Source: Naegleria gruberi (taxonomy: Eukaryota). Taken from it: a stretch of 64,000 bases of DNA. Under the pieces are notes generated by a model. That model had not been told where the DNA came from and ran no database searches. It was given only the letters and a program-made list of their open reading frames with translations. Within the stretch, counting starts at the first letter, position 1. Every line of letters starts with the position of its first letter. The stretch is taken from assembly GCA_000004985.1 (NCBI GenBank), contig GG738870.1; one strand, given 5' to 3'. The position numbers and the translations under genes are program-made. This document shows, piece after piece, positions 1 to 10,533 of this stretch.

Positions 1-337
1 AATAATAATATGAATTCCATATCAATTTAATATTAAATTTGATGACATAGCATTGAATGCATACCTCTGATTCTTGGCTCTCGATATTCTTTCCTTTGTT
101 TTTCTGCAACAAGTTGATACAAAGGGATGGATTCTCTTCTCCTCAACTTTTCTTTGTTTTATTTCCAAAGATGATGACGATACACTTTCCATCTCTTTCC
201 TCTTCCTAGTATTGGCAGAGGGTGGAGAAGATGAAGAATTGGTTTCAACTTTTTTCATTTTTTTTTAAATTTAAAATATTATTAGATTTTATTCACTACA
301 TTTCAAAACTCTCCTGAAGAGTTTAGGTAACTTTATA

Positions 338-1069
338 TTGGAATATTTTCCAAACCAATCCGATGCTGGAAAATTGGTACATGCTTTTATAAAGTTATCC
401 AATCAAGCTTTGGAAATTGTAGAGAAGAAGGAAGTAATTACCATTGAAGATTCAGATAATGATGATGATTCGGAAGAGGATGAGAATACGGCATTGGTGA
501 AACAAAAAATCACGCAGTCGGGTTTTTCTGCTTTGCTTGACCATTATTTTGGAAATACTGTATTGGTTGAGGAATCAAGCTCCAATACAGATACAGGATA
601 TAGTTCAGAAACGGTGGAGGATGAAATAACTATTAAATTTGGTACTGCTTCGAAAAATATGACCATTTCGTTTACATCCAATATGAGGTATGATCCAATG
701 GAAGAAGGATCTGATGGAGAATTCAGCGCCTCATGTGTTCTGGAACCTGGCTCAATATCATTGCAACTATTTTCAAACGAAGAGGAAGTTGATTATTGTA
801 CTGGTTACGGTGGTGGAGATATTAATATGAAATCAGTGTTGAAACTGAAACAACATTTTGGAATGAGTAGTCAAATTTTGGTTAATGTTTGGAAAATGAT
901 TATTACAGCTTTTAATGCTCTTGGTTCTGAGCATGTTCGTGGCATGTTGGAAAATGTTGAGGATTTAGATATTCCAGCTTCAGATTCTAGAGTTGTAGCA
1001 AGTGGTGGTAGTGCAGTGAGTGGGAAACAAACCACAAAAACGGTCAGTAAAAGAAAAGGTCCCTATTAA
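338..1069 (+). CDS. hypothetical acidic protein (Asp/Glu/Ser-rich)
   Basis: 243-aa ORF with acidic low-complexity N-terminal part. No recognisable domain. Listed start is TTG; an in-frame ATG lies a few codons downstream. Confidence 0.35.
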   Translation: MEYFPNQSDAGKLVHAFIKLSNQALEIVEKKEVITIEDSDNDDDSEEDENTALVKQKITQSGFSALLDHYFGNTVLVEESSSNTDTGYSSETVEDEITIKFGTASKNMTISFTSNMRYDPMEEGSDGEFSASCVLEPGSISLQLFSNEEEVDYCTGYGGGDINMKSVLKLKQHFGMSSQILVNVWKMIITAFNALGSEHVRGMLENVEDLDIPASDSRVVASGGSAVSGKQTTKTVSKRKGPY

Positions 1070-1093
1070 CATGATGAATGCTTTTTATTTACT

Positions 1094-2284
1094 TTACAAA
1101 AATTTTCTTTGAACAATACTTGCTCCATATTCTCTATATTCAGTACTTGTCAAACACAGGGATGGGAATGTCGAAAGTGAGGCCATCATCATTCCGCCTG
1201 TACAAGCTGCAGTTGATCCCAATGGCTCACTAACTTTACATTCATTACCAGAATTTAATTTCACAAGTTCCTTAGTTAATCTTTGAGAAATTCCCTTAAA
1301 TTGAGAGCTGCCACCAACAAGAACAATGTTATTAAACAAGGTATTTCTCACACCTTCATCACATGACATGATTGAGTTGTAGATGGCACTGTGAATACCA
1401 GTACTAGATTGAACAGTGGTAGGATCAAATTGTGGAGAATCACGTAAACATGAAGGGCTTCCACAATCCCAACCATTTTCAATAGCATTTGGATTGAAAA
1501 GAGCTTCTGGACATCTGATACACTCACCATCCAAACTAATCATACTGCCATCTGGTGTTTCATAATATTGTTCAGTTGGTGCTTTGATTTCAGATTCATA
1601 ATCTTGAGAAACGAAACAGATTCTCTCCTTAATATCTCTCAACATTTCCCAATCAACAGTAGAATAGATCAATCCCTTTTCTGCCATCAATCTGAGGAAA
1701 TACTGATCTAAATTGTGTCCACCAAAATCTAAAGACATAATTCCTTCCTTCAATACCTTTCCATTGATGATTGGAACAATTGAAGTAACTGTATGTCCAA
1801 TATCCAACACAATTCCACTTTCTCTTCCAGAAGCTCGTATAGAAAGGCAAGCTTGATTTTCCAAACACAATTCATCTACCTGGAGTTTTTCAATCAACAC
1901 TTCAACCATCTTTTCTCTATTTTCCAAAGTATTTAACGGAGAATCAGTCATTAATACGGATTTTCCAATTTCCTCATTAATTCTCTTCAAATCATCCAAA
2001 GAATATTTCCAAATCTTTTCAGCATCATCCCAATTACTAACAATTCCCTTACTAATAGGATAGGTTAGTTTCAACATTCCTCTCTTTGAAACAGCTTCAT
2101 CTCCAAAATATTCACTCTTTGATCCGATCATGACTCCTGCTAAGTGTGGTCTTCCAACTGTTGCGGGAAAGCACATCCTAAATTCTTCTTTTTCCTCTGA
2201 TGATGATAATGATGGAGTAAGACCAACCTTCATCCTAAAGGAACCACTATCAATCACTACTGTTTGTTTTTGGGCCATCGACAT
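1094..2284 (-). CDS. actin-related protein (divergent actin-family member)
   Basis: 396-aa ORF with a real ATG start. Segments align to actin: VIDSGS…FPATVGRP (cf. DNGSG…FPSIVGRP), KRGMLKLTYPISKGIVSNWDD (cf. [21 protein letters not shown]), GIVLDIGHTVTSIVP, DIKERICFV. More diverged from actin than the paralog at 7981. Confidence 0.8.
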   Translation of the reverse strand: MSMAQKQTVVIDSGSFRMKVGLTPSLSSSEEKEEFRMCFPATVGRPHLAGVMIGSKSEYFGDEAVSKRGMLKLTYPISKGIVSNWDDAEKIWKYSLDDLKRINEEIGKSVLMTDSPLNTLENREKMVEVLIEKLQVDELCLENQACLSIRASGRESGIVLDIGHTVTSIVPIINGKVLKEGIMSLDFGGHNLDQYFLRLMAEKGLIYSTVDWEMLRDIKERICFVSQDYESEIKAPTEQYYETPDGSMISLDGECIRCPEALFNPNAIENGWDCGSPSCLRDSPQFDPTTVQSSTGIHSAIYNSIMSCDEGVRNTLFNNIVLVGGSSQFKGISQRLTKELVKLNSGNECKVSEPLGSTAACTGGMMMASLSTFPSLCLTSTEYREYGASIVQRKFL

Positions 2285-2553
2285 GAGTTGTTGTATTTTT
2301 TTTTAAAGTTGTAAATTTTATTAAGTTCATCTACGATAATACCCAATTCAAAAAAGAATTTCAAAATAATGTTCATTGTCTTTCGTATTGTTGAATGAGT
2401 GGATATATGCTGTAATGGTTATTATTTAAAATGTATTAATACTGAAAAGTATCAATGTTCATTGATTCAATGAACTCTGAACTGCAGTTTAATCTTACGA
2501 CTATTTAATGCTCTAGTTCATTTATTATCTCAAATATTCAATTTAAAAAAAAC

Positions 2554-3231
2554 ATGTCTAATACCACTACTAAGACCCTACAACCAGAAGTTGAAGTTAT
2601 TGATTCGAATAACATTTGGTTGATTAAGAATGCTTTCACTCCAGAAGAATGTGCTCAACTTTTAAAAGAAAGTGAAGAAATTGGTTATGGAGAAGCCCCA
2701 CTCACAACTGGACTAAATACCTTCACATTGGACAAGGAAGTGCGAAATAATTCGAGAGCCATGATTGATAATAACAAATATTCAAATATGTTATTCGAAA
2801 GGTTGGCTCAATATCTTCCACAAGATGTTTCAGAATTGAAAATATGTGCTCAGGATGGTTTTTCATTATGTGGTATGAATGAAAGAATTAGATTTTACAA
2901 GTATGCAGCAGGAGAATACTTTGCTCCTCACTACGATGGCTGTTATCAGAAACCTTTATTCCATCTTGAAGTGAATGGTGAGAAGAAAGTTTGTGTCGAG
3001 AGATCATTCATCACCGTGCTTCTCTATCTGAATGATGTCCACTCGGGAGGTGAAACAAACTTTCTCACATCGAGATATGACATATTGCACAGTGTGAAAC
3101 CAAGAACTGGTCAAGTTTTAATGTTCGTTCATGCTAATTATCATGAGGGTTGTTTATTGAATGATCCAAATGAGTTTAAATATGTCATGAGAAGTGATGT
3201 CATGTATAGAAAATTGAGAGATGAATTGTAA
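2554..3231 (+). CDS. 2-oxoglutarate/Fe(II)-dependent oxygenase, prolyl 4-hydroxylase-like
   Basis: 225-aa ORF starting at ATG. Carries an HxD…H iron-binding triad pattern (FAPHYDG … LHSVKP) and a C-terminal basic residue region (RSDVMYR) typical of the P4Hc/2OG-Fe(II) oxygenase fold. Confidence 0.55.
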   Translation: MSNTTTKTLQPEVEVIDSNNIWLIKNAFTPEECAQLLKESEEIGYGEAPLTTGLNTFTLDKEVRNNSRAMIDNNKYSNMLFERLAQYLPQDVSELKICAQDGFSLCGMNERIRFYKYAAGEYFAPHYDGCYQKPLFHLEVNGEKKVCVERSFITVLLYLNDVHSGGETNFLTSRYDILHSVKPRTGQVLMFVHANYHEGCLLNDPNEFKYVMRSDVMYRKLRDEL

Positions 3232-3313
3232 ATTAAATTATAGTAGGATGTGAATTATTTTCATGCCAATTTTCAATCCTTGAATGAAAAATGTTCTGTC
3301 AATAGTTATACAA

Positions 3314-4624
3314 TTAATTGAAATGAACATGAATGACCTTTCCATAGCCAATGATTTTTCCATTCTCCCTTAATAGAAATCTTCCTAAAAATCCACCCTT
3401 TTCCGTATAATTTTCCATAAATAAAATGTTATGGATTGGTGTCATGGTTACAATTTTCACCTTCTTTTGTTCTTGAATGGAATTGATACGACAAGAGATG
3501 TGCTGAAGGGAACAACTAACTATAGGAATGGCACCAACTCTAAATCCCTTGACTCCTGCCCTCAGAACAACTTCGGCCTCGAACGAAACGACAGGTTTCA
3601 ATTGATCTAGTTCATCACTTACAATAAAACCTGTTCTGACTAGATTATGTGGAATATCTCCAAGATACACTCCACAAATTGTATTACTATCTACTTGTTC
3701 TACTTTTTCATGATTAATCTCAAGGTCAATAACCTGTCTAGTTACAAATGAACTATTATTAAGTGGAAGTAAAACAGTTTGTCCTTTTCTTAGTTGACCA
3801 CATTGAACTTTTCCACAAATAATTTTTCCAACTCCAGAAATGAACATCTCCTTAATGATAATAAATCTTAAACCAGAGTATTTTTCAAAAACCATCGATT
3901 GAGATATCATCTCAAGGCTTTCGTATAGTGTTGGTCCCTTATACCAATTTAATTGTTGCGAATGACAGAGTAAATTATCCTCTGTAAATATACTGGTTGG
4001 TATTATTTGGTAATCTGTTAGCGATTTTTCGAAAATCTCTTTGAAAATTGGTTCAATCCTCTCAATTGATCTTTTAAATTCATTCTCATCATAATTACAC
4101 AAATCCATTCCATTCACACAAACAACAAACTCCCTAACTTGATTAACTCTCGCAGCAATCAATTGATTTTTCAACTCTTCAACATACTCGTCGTGTGAAT
4201 CCATCATGAAATGAGTATTAATTATGAGAATTGCCACATTTGCCATCGAAATGGCTCCCAACTGATTCTTTATATACATGGACAAAGCTCCAGAATCAAT
4301 AAATTGCAGCAAGGAAGAGTTTTCATCCTTCTCGAAAGAAACAAAGGCCATATTAGCAGAGACATAATAATCTCTACTGCAACGTGTAGCAATAAAGTAT
4401 GGTGAATACTTTCTCGGATAGTATCGATCGGTTCGTGTGGGACACGGATAGGAATTTCGATTTGGATTTTGATGAAAGTGTCGGAAGAGTCCTGCAACCT
4501 CAGATTTTCCACTATCAGTACAACCCATGAGTGCAATGTTTAGAATCTTTTCAGTAGTTTTGGTGGTTGTTGATTGGAGCATTTTTTTTTTGCAAAGTTC
4601 ATCATCACTTTTGATCTGGGACAT
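3314..4624 (-). CDS. eEF1A/HBS1/eRF3-family translational GTPase paralog with degenerate G motifs
   Basis: 436-aa ORF. LNIALMGCTDSGKS matches the eEF1A P-loop (INIVVIGHVDSGKS). The switch-II region reads IDSGALSMYIKNQLGAISMANVAILIIN (cf. [27 protein letters not shown]), with DxxG changed to DSGA and the catalytic His lost. NKxD reads NGMD. Beta-barrel domains II and III follow. Confidence 0.6.
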   Translation of the reverse strand: MSQIKSDDELCKKKMLQSTTTKTTEKILNIALMGCTDSGKSEVAGLFRHFHQNPNRNSYPCPTRTDRYYPRKYSPYFIATRCSRDYYVSANMAFVSFEKDENSSLLQFIDSGALSMYIKNQLGAISMANVAILIINTHFMMDSHDEYVEELKNQLIAARVNQVREFVVCVNGMDLCNYDENEFKRSIERIEPIFKEIFEKSLTDYQIIPTSIFTEDNLLCHSQQLNWYKGPTLYESLEMISQSMVFEKYSGLRFIIIKEMFISGVGKIICGKVQCGQLRKGQTVLLPLNNSSFVTRQVIDLEINHEKVEQVDSNTICGVYLGDIPHNLVRTGFIVSDELDQLKPVVSFEAEVVLRAGVKGFRVGAIPIVSCSLQHISCRINSIQEQKKVKIVTMTPIHNILFMENYTEKGGFLGRFLLRENGKIIGYGKVIHVHFN

Positions 4625-5026
4625 TTTTATTATTAAGGGCTATCAAATACTTGTACATGAAATATTCAGTGAGGATAGCATTGATGGAATAGTCTTCTTA
4701 TTACTGTTGAATGCCGAATGTTAATCGATTCGCATCAACTGCAATTTCTTCAACTCTTTCGCAATTAATTTCACATTAAGGCATTCTCTAGCAACTAGTT
4801 GATTTGCTTGAGTAAATTGGAAACTTGGTTTCTAATATATTACTCAAAGGGGAGTTCTGATATTTCCGTAAAGGCCTTAATTATAACGTTTAAATTTGAA
4901 AAGTCAGATAAGAAAGGTATTGACTTACTTGATGTGACGTGTGGCATCTTTAGGAAAAATTCATTTTTAATATTTGACCCTTTGAAAAAAGCAAAACAAA
5001 TTATCCTGTCTGTTCGACAAGACAAA

Positions 5027-7408
5027 ATGCCAACAATTTATTTCTTCATCTTTTCCTGTATTGTGGCTACCACACAGATGTTTAGTTTAGTTTCGGCTCT
5101 TTCGTTAGAAACAACAATGAAAATAGATGCTAGTCAATCATCATCTTTGAATTATCTATCATCCAATAACAGTTCATCCAATGATAACAGTATTATTAAT
5201 AATTTAACGCCACCCATTGGAGTAATTTTGAATAATTATAACACTTCGGATTTTATAAATCTTATTCTAAACATTACAACAAATATAACAGCCGCACAGG
5301 ACGAATTAGTCATGACTGAAGCAATGCGAACGAATCCAACAATCACAATCATTATCAGAGTGTTACTAACTTTATTTAATTTCTTTCTAATAATTTTGAT
5401 ACTTTCGTTTAGAAAGAAGGAACCAATCAAATCAAAATTTTATATTTCTATGGCGTTGGTATTGGTTAATATCATTGGACACATTCAGGGAATTATTGAA
5501 ATTCTTCCAGGTGCACCTTTATTCTTTCAAAGTTATTGGAATCAGTTTATTTCAGAAAAGTTGACGAAACAAGTTGATGCTCAAACATTTTACAGAAATA
5601 ATTTGAATTCGTATGGTGTTCCAACGTGGCTGGAAAGTTTTGCACTCTTTGAAAACATTTATTGTTTCATTGATGCCTATTTTATTTATGGATGTACTGT
5701 TATTGGATTGGCAATGTATTCGATTCAGATAATTAAACTAATGTTATTGTTGCTGTTGAAAGATAGAAAACAGGCAGTGGCTAGATCATTGGAAGAATTC
5801 AAAAAGAGACAAGTTGAAAAGTTTAAAGATCTCAAATTGAAAGAAGTTTCTTCAGAGACGAATCTTCAAGATCAGAAACCAATTAGTTTGATGAAACGAC
5901 TCTCAAGGAAGATTCTTTTTGTGGAAACAAACACGTCTTCTGAAAATTTGACGAAACAATCAGGTGAATCTTCACCAACCACTAGTGCTAGCTCAGTATC
6001 TAGTGCTCCTTCCACTTCCAATTTATTAGAATCTAATAATTCACAACAATCACAACAACAATTGCAACAAGAATCCTCAGAAGTATCAACTCCAAGATTA
6101 TCTAAAACTGGAGAGAATGATGATTCGTCCAGTTTAGCCTACGAAGATATTGCCCTCGATTTAACAACTGATGAAGATGCACTTTCAACTAGTTACGAAG
6201 AAATTTCAAAAAAGGGAAAATTTGTTAATTTCCTTAAAAAGATTTTAAAATATCAAATTATTGAGCTGAGCTACATTGGATTCTGGTTGACTGTGTGGTA
6301 TATTCTCGTTACAATTGTAATTATTATTCGTACAGAAGACACTTGGAGTAATTTTTTCATTTCTTGGGATTCGTATAGTGGATATTGTCGACATAATGAT
6401 AGAGTTCAGATTGGATATTATTCGATTGCCATCTTGTTCCTAATTTTTGTTTTCATTCCCATTACTTTAATATTCGATTTTGTAACTAGTTTAATCAAAT
6501 ATAGAAAAATTATTCGAATCAATAGAGAAAAGAATAGAAAGACAGAAAACTTTCTCATTTACTATTTTTATGAAACTGATCCTTTCGTTTACAGAACCGA
6601 AGTATTGGGAGTATTAATATTGGACTTTATAGTGGTCCTTACCTTTTTAATTGTGCTTCCAATTGGAGTTAACGCAAATTATTCTCAACAATTGGCGAGT
6701 TCAATACTCCTTTCCATTGGATTGAATTTTATTGGAGGTGTACTTTGTAATCCTGGAATTACAATTTCAAGAACTGTGTGGAATTATTTGGTTGAGTTCA
6801 AGACCAAAAGGGCAAATAAGAAAGATTCAAATGATTCTGATACTATATTTTCATTACAGCAATTGATTTCTTCACCAATTTGTTCTGAATCAATTGATTA
6901 TGTACTTTCCCACAAAACTGAAAGAGGTTTATTCTATCAATATCTGAAAGAAGAATATTCTGTGGAAAATCTACTATTCACAGAAGATCTTATCAAATTG
7001 AGAAAGATCCACAACGCACATATCAGAGCCAAAGTAATGAAAATTAAGGAAATGATCAAACTATACCTTTCCAATAGTGATTCAGTGTTTGAACTCAACG
7101 TTCCAACAAAAGTGATTCAACAAGAGTTGACTAATTTTAGGGAATTGATGGCTTTGTTGGATGAATTGAATTTAAAGGCTACTCAACTTCCTCGTGTATT
7201 TAAGGCTGATTCGAATACTAGATATTTTCCAAATATTGATTCGAATAAGGAAGAAAAGTTGAAACAATTAATTTCACAATTGGGTAGTGGTCGAATATTC
7301 ACAAATATTCAATCAGAGGTTTACAAAAACTTGATGGATTCATATTATCGATTCAATAACTCTAGAAAGTGGAAGGACTATATTAAGACTTCTTCTTCGT
7401 CAGCTTAA
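5027..7408 (+). CDS. polytopic membrane protein with C-terminal RGS (regulator of G-protein signalling) domain
   Basis: Listed ORF 4799..7408 begins at a TTG. The first ATG at 5027 (MPTIYFFIFSCIVATT…) gives a signal peptide/first TM. About six or seven hydrophobic helices interrupted by a Ser-rich cytosolic insert. The C-terminal segment SIDYVLSHKTERGLFYQYLKEEYSVENLLFTEDLIKLRK fits the RGS-box pattern (E/S-EN-L-x-F/W). Confidence 0.55.
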   Translation: MPTIYFFIFSCIVATTQMFSLVSALSLETTMKIDASQSSSLNYLSSNNSSSNDNSIINNLTPPIGVILNNYNTSDFINLILNITTNITAAQDELVMTEAMRTNPTITIIIRVLLTLFNFFLIILILSFRKKEPIKSKFYISMALVLVNIIGHIQGIIEILPGAPLFFQSYWNQFISEKLTKQVDAQTFYRNNLNSYGVPTWLESFALFENIYCFIDAYFIYGCTVIGLAMYSIQIIKLMLLLLLKDRKQAVARSLEEFKKRQVEKFKDLKLKEVSSETNLQDQKPISLMKRLSRKILFVETNTSSENLTKQSGESSPTTSASSVSSAPSTSNLLESNNSQQSQQQLQQESSEVSTPRLSKTGENDDSSSLAYEDIALDLTTDEDALSTSYEEISKKGKFVNFLKKILKYQIIELSYIGFWLTVWYILVTIVIIIRTEDTWSNFFISWDSYSGYCRHNDRVQIGYYSIAILFLIFVFIPITLIFDFVTSLIKYRKIIRINREKNRKTENFLIYYFYETDPFVYRTEVLGVLILDFIVVLTFLIVLPIGVNANYSQQLASSILLSIGLNFIGGVLCNPGITISRTVWNYLVEFKTKRANKKDSNDSDTIFSLQQLISSPICSESIDYVLSHKTERGLFYQYLKEEYSVENLLFTEDLIKLRKIHNAHIRAKVMKIKEMIKLYLSNSDSVFELNVPTKVIQQELTNFRELMALLDELNLKATQLPRVFKADSNTRYFPNIDSNKEEKLKQLISQLGSGRIFTNIQSEVYKNLMDSYYRFNNSRKWKDYIKTSSSSA

Positions 7409-7617
7409 CATCTTTGACAAATATTTTTTCAAAAATTATAATTAACGAGACGAAGAATAAGATGAATTTAATTTCACGGCACTTACATCCATACATCCAC
7501 ACGGAAGTGAAGTTACATTTTGAAGACCTGCAACAAAAAGGAGCTCCAAAACAAATTACAGCTCAAATAGAATAAAAACAAGTTGTTTTCAAATAAAAAG
7601 TGCAAAAACAAAAGGGC

Positions 7618-7706
7618 AGGGTGGTACGTGGATCGAACACGTGACCATCGGATGTCTGCTGCAAATAACTTTGCAATCCGGTGCTCTACCGCTGAGCTAA
7701 CCACCC
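7618..7706 (-). tRNA. tRNA-Cys (anticodon GCA) with 17-nt intron
   Basis: Reverse complement folds as GGGTGGT|TA|GCTC|AGCGGTA|GAGC|A|CCGGA|TTGCAA[intron AGTTATTTGCAGCAGAC]A|TCCGA|TGGTC|ACGTG|TTCGATC|CACGT|ACCACCC|T. Acceptor, D and T stems pair fully; the anticodon stem has a C27–A43 mismatch. Anticodon is GCA. Intron sits at the canonical 37/38 position. T-run lies downstream on the gene strand. Sequence identical to the copy at 14256. Confidence 0.8.
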
Positions 7707-7980
7707 ATTCAATATTCTTCAAAACTTAATCTAATACGACAATAGAAAACAGCAAATTTTTATAATACATACTTAAATGAAAGTAAGTAAGGAAAGTAAT
7801 ACTTACTCAGCTGAGTCTAAGTTTCAAATATAAGGAAAATTCAAAAAGTAATTATGTCTCATTGAATCTCACCGTTTATTTGTATCAACTCCCTGCCAAA
7901 ATCTGTGAGAAATTTGTAGTGTTACTCAACTTTCGTTCAATGAACTGTGAAGAAGAACCAAATCCAATAAATTTGAAAAA

Positions 7981-9168
7981 ATGAACAAAAGTCTACCACC
8001 ACCACTCTCTACCAAGAATTATCAACCTGTTCTCTGTGAACCCAGTCAAAATCCAACATTAATCATTGACAATGGTTCTTCCAATTCCAGAGTTGGTTTC
8101 TCATTTGAAGACATTCCTGGTTCTGTATTTCCTACAGTGTTTGGCAGAGTAGGAGGTAGACCGATTTATATAGGACCAGGTATCGCTAGGGAAGGATATG
8201 TTGGCCATGAAGCATTGTCCAAAAGGGGAATTGCTTCATTGAAATATCCTATTAAGAGAGGAATTGTAACTGATTGGCAATTTATGGAAAAGATATGGAG
8301 CCATAATCTTATTTTGGAAATGAACATTGCTATGGAGGAGCATTGTGTTTTATTGACAGAAACTCCATTGAATCCAACAGCAAATCGTGAAAAGATGTGC
8401 CAATTAATGTTCGAAAGGTTTCGTGTACCAGCAATGTGTGTTGCTGTTCAAGCTGTGTTGTCTTTGTTCGCTTCAGGTAGAAGTAGTGGAATAGTGTTAG
8501 ATTCAGGAGGTGGAGTTTCAAATGTTGTTCCAGTTTATGAAGGTCTTGCCTTGCCACATGCCATTTCTAGACAAGAATTGGCAGGTAGCGATGTGACTGA
8601 TCATTTGATGACATTGTTGATGGATCGTGGTTATAGTTTTATAAGTGCTGAACGAGATATTGTGAATGATATTAAGGAAAAGATGTGTTTTGTAGCTTTA
8701 GATTGTGATTCTGAAAAGAAATTATTCGAAAGTTCGATTCCAACAGCAGATTCCTCATATGAGTTGCCTGATGGAAATGTTATCAATCTAGGTTGCGAAA
8801 GATTCATTTGTCCAGAACTGTTATTCCAACCAAACATGGTGGAAATGGAAGAAATAGGTCTTCATGAATCCATACACAACTCTATCCGAAAGTGTGACCT
8901 CGATATTCGAAAGCAATTGTATTCCAACATTCTTCTCGCAGGAGGGTCTACTCAAATTAAAGGATTTTCTGAGAGATTGTTTAAGGAGTTGAAAGAAATT
9001 ACTTCTTCCTCTGTGGAATTCAATATTGTCACCCCACCAGATAGAAATAATTCTTCTTGGATTGGTGGAAGAATTCTTTCGTCCATGTCAACTTTTGGAT
9101 CAATGTGCATGTCCAAAGCCGAATATGAAGAGATTGGACCTGGAATAGTTCATAAAAAATGTTTCTAA
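7981..9168 (+). CDS. actin-like protein (divergent actin paralog)
   Basis: 395-aa ORF starting at ATG. Strong actin similarity across the whole length: IIDNGSS…FPTVFGR, KRGIASLKYPIKRGIVTDWQFMEKIW, VLLTETPLNPTANREKMCQLMFERFRVPAMCVAVQAVLSLFASGRSSGIVLDSGGGVS, DIKEKMCFVALD, WIGGRILSSMSTF. Confidence 0.85.
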   Translation: MNKSLPPPLSTKNYQPVLCEPSQNPTLIIDNGSSNSRVGFSFEDIPGSVFPTVFGRVGGRPIYIGPGIAREGYVGHEALSKRGIASLKYPIKRGIVTDWQFMEKIWSHNLILEMNIAMEEHCVLLTETPLNPTANREKMCQLMFERFRVPAMCVAVQAVLSLFASGRSSGIVLDSGGGVSNVVPVYEGLALPHAISRQELAGSDVTDHLMTLLMDRGYSFISAERDIVNDIKEKMCFVALDCDSEKKLFESSIPTADSSYELPDGNVINLGCERFICPELLFQPNMVEMEEIGLHESIHNSIRKCDLDIRKQLYSNILLAGGSTQIKGFSERLFKELKEITSSSVEFNIVTPPDRNNSSWIGGRILSSMSTFGSMCMSKAEYEEIGPGIVHKKCF

Positions 9169-9413
9169 TAAATACCTGAGTGTTTTATTATTGGGAAAGT
9201 ATCAATTCAATTAATCTTAATTGAAATGATTCAAATCGTTCACATTTTAAAAACTTAAAGTTTCACTTTGAAATAAATTTATGATGATGTACCAACTAGA
9301 ATTTTTCCTAATAATATTGTTCCAATATTTTTCTAAGTTCTTGTTTTGCAAATATTTTTATAAATTTAATTGAGGACAAAAACCAAATTTGCAAAGGATT
9401 GTTATTTAAAGAG

Positions 9414-10417
9414 TTAATAAGAAATCTTAGCAACCAGTGTGTCAAAATCAAATGTTGAATCTCTATTCTTGGCACAACTAACATATAAGCAATCACCATC
9501 TGCAAATCCAAACCTATCCCCAAATAAAGAGGCAAATAAACTTTTCTCTTTGGGAACATACTCTGCATCACCATATCCAAACAGGTAATTTTTAGTGTCC
9601 GTGTTAAATGCCATGGATTTATAATAGAAATCAAAATCTCCATCTGTAACGTCATACCAAAACAATAGGGGTGTCTTTGGAATATCCAACCATGTGATGG
9701 AATCTTCAATTCTGAATTCGTTGGCAATATTCTATTCAATTCTTCACAATTCAATTGTAAAATCAGGGAATGATCTGATAATTGACCACACCATTCTTTT
9801 GGAATGTCTGCACTTCCTCCAAGCTTTGACATTCCTTTAGTTATTTCCTTAGTTTCATCCCTATCCAATCCAATACTCCACTTTGTTTTTTCCAATATAT
9901 TAATCCAAGTTCTATGATGAATTCTAAAAGAATCTTCCAAATCCCTCTCAGAATGGAATGAATAATATGTTGATCTATTTTCAGGATTTTCCCATACCTT
10001 GTTCAATTTTTCCAATTCATCGACCGTTCGTCTAATACCTCTAGAAGAGCAATTAATAAATTTAATTAAATAACTATCGAAACCAGTGAGTAATGGAAAG
10101 TACCCTGACAAACAAAAAACTTTCCACTTTTCACTCAATTGAATAAATAATCGAAACAAGCATACAGTATTCTTTCTAAATTTTTTACATTCAGCCTTCA
10201 ACATGATCTGTAATCCCTTCAATGATTTATCTCTTTTAATCATTACTTCCATTCGATTTGAATAAATTTCATCAGAATATGTTTGCATAATTTCATTCCA
10301 TTCTTGAGAAATTAATTTACAATTTTCCAAATCTTTTACATTGGCAAGCATGGATAGAAAGTAACAAATAAATTCCTGATCCGATGAGTGAAAGAGTGGC
10401 GCTAGATCTTGAGACAT
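9414..10417 (-). CDS. hypothetical protein (reading frame broken near 9700)
   Basis: 369-aa ORF 9308..10417 starts at ATG (MSQDLAPL…). A second ORF at 9414..9689 in another frame extends it (…ITWLDIPKTPLLFWYDVTDGDFDFYYK…). Likely one gene with a short intron or frameshift near 9690–9730. No domain recognised. Confidence 0.35.
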
Positions 10418-10533
10418 TTTTTTTAATGTTCAATTTTGCATTTGCACCCTTACATCCAAAGTTGATTGAAATTCGAATATGCATTAGAAAGAAATAGTTT
10501 GATACACACAATGTGTATTTCTCCTTAGAATTT

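Noticed and set aside
7513-7722. ORF-track entry 7513..7722 (−), 69 aa
   Set aside because: It is a translation straight through the minus-strand tRNA-Cys gene (…VVSSAVEHRIAKLFAADIRWSRVRST…) and is not a protein gene.
8330-8837. Small minus-strand ORFs inside the actin-like gene (8330..8557, 8631..8837)
   Set aside because: They are antisense to a strongly supported actin-fold CDS and have no start context or motif.
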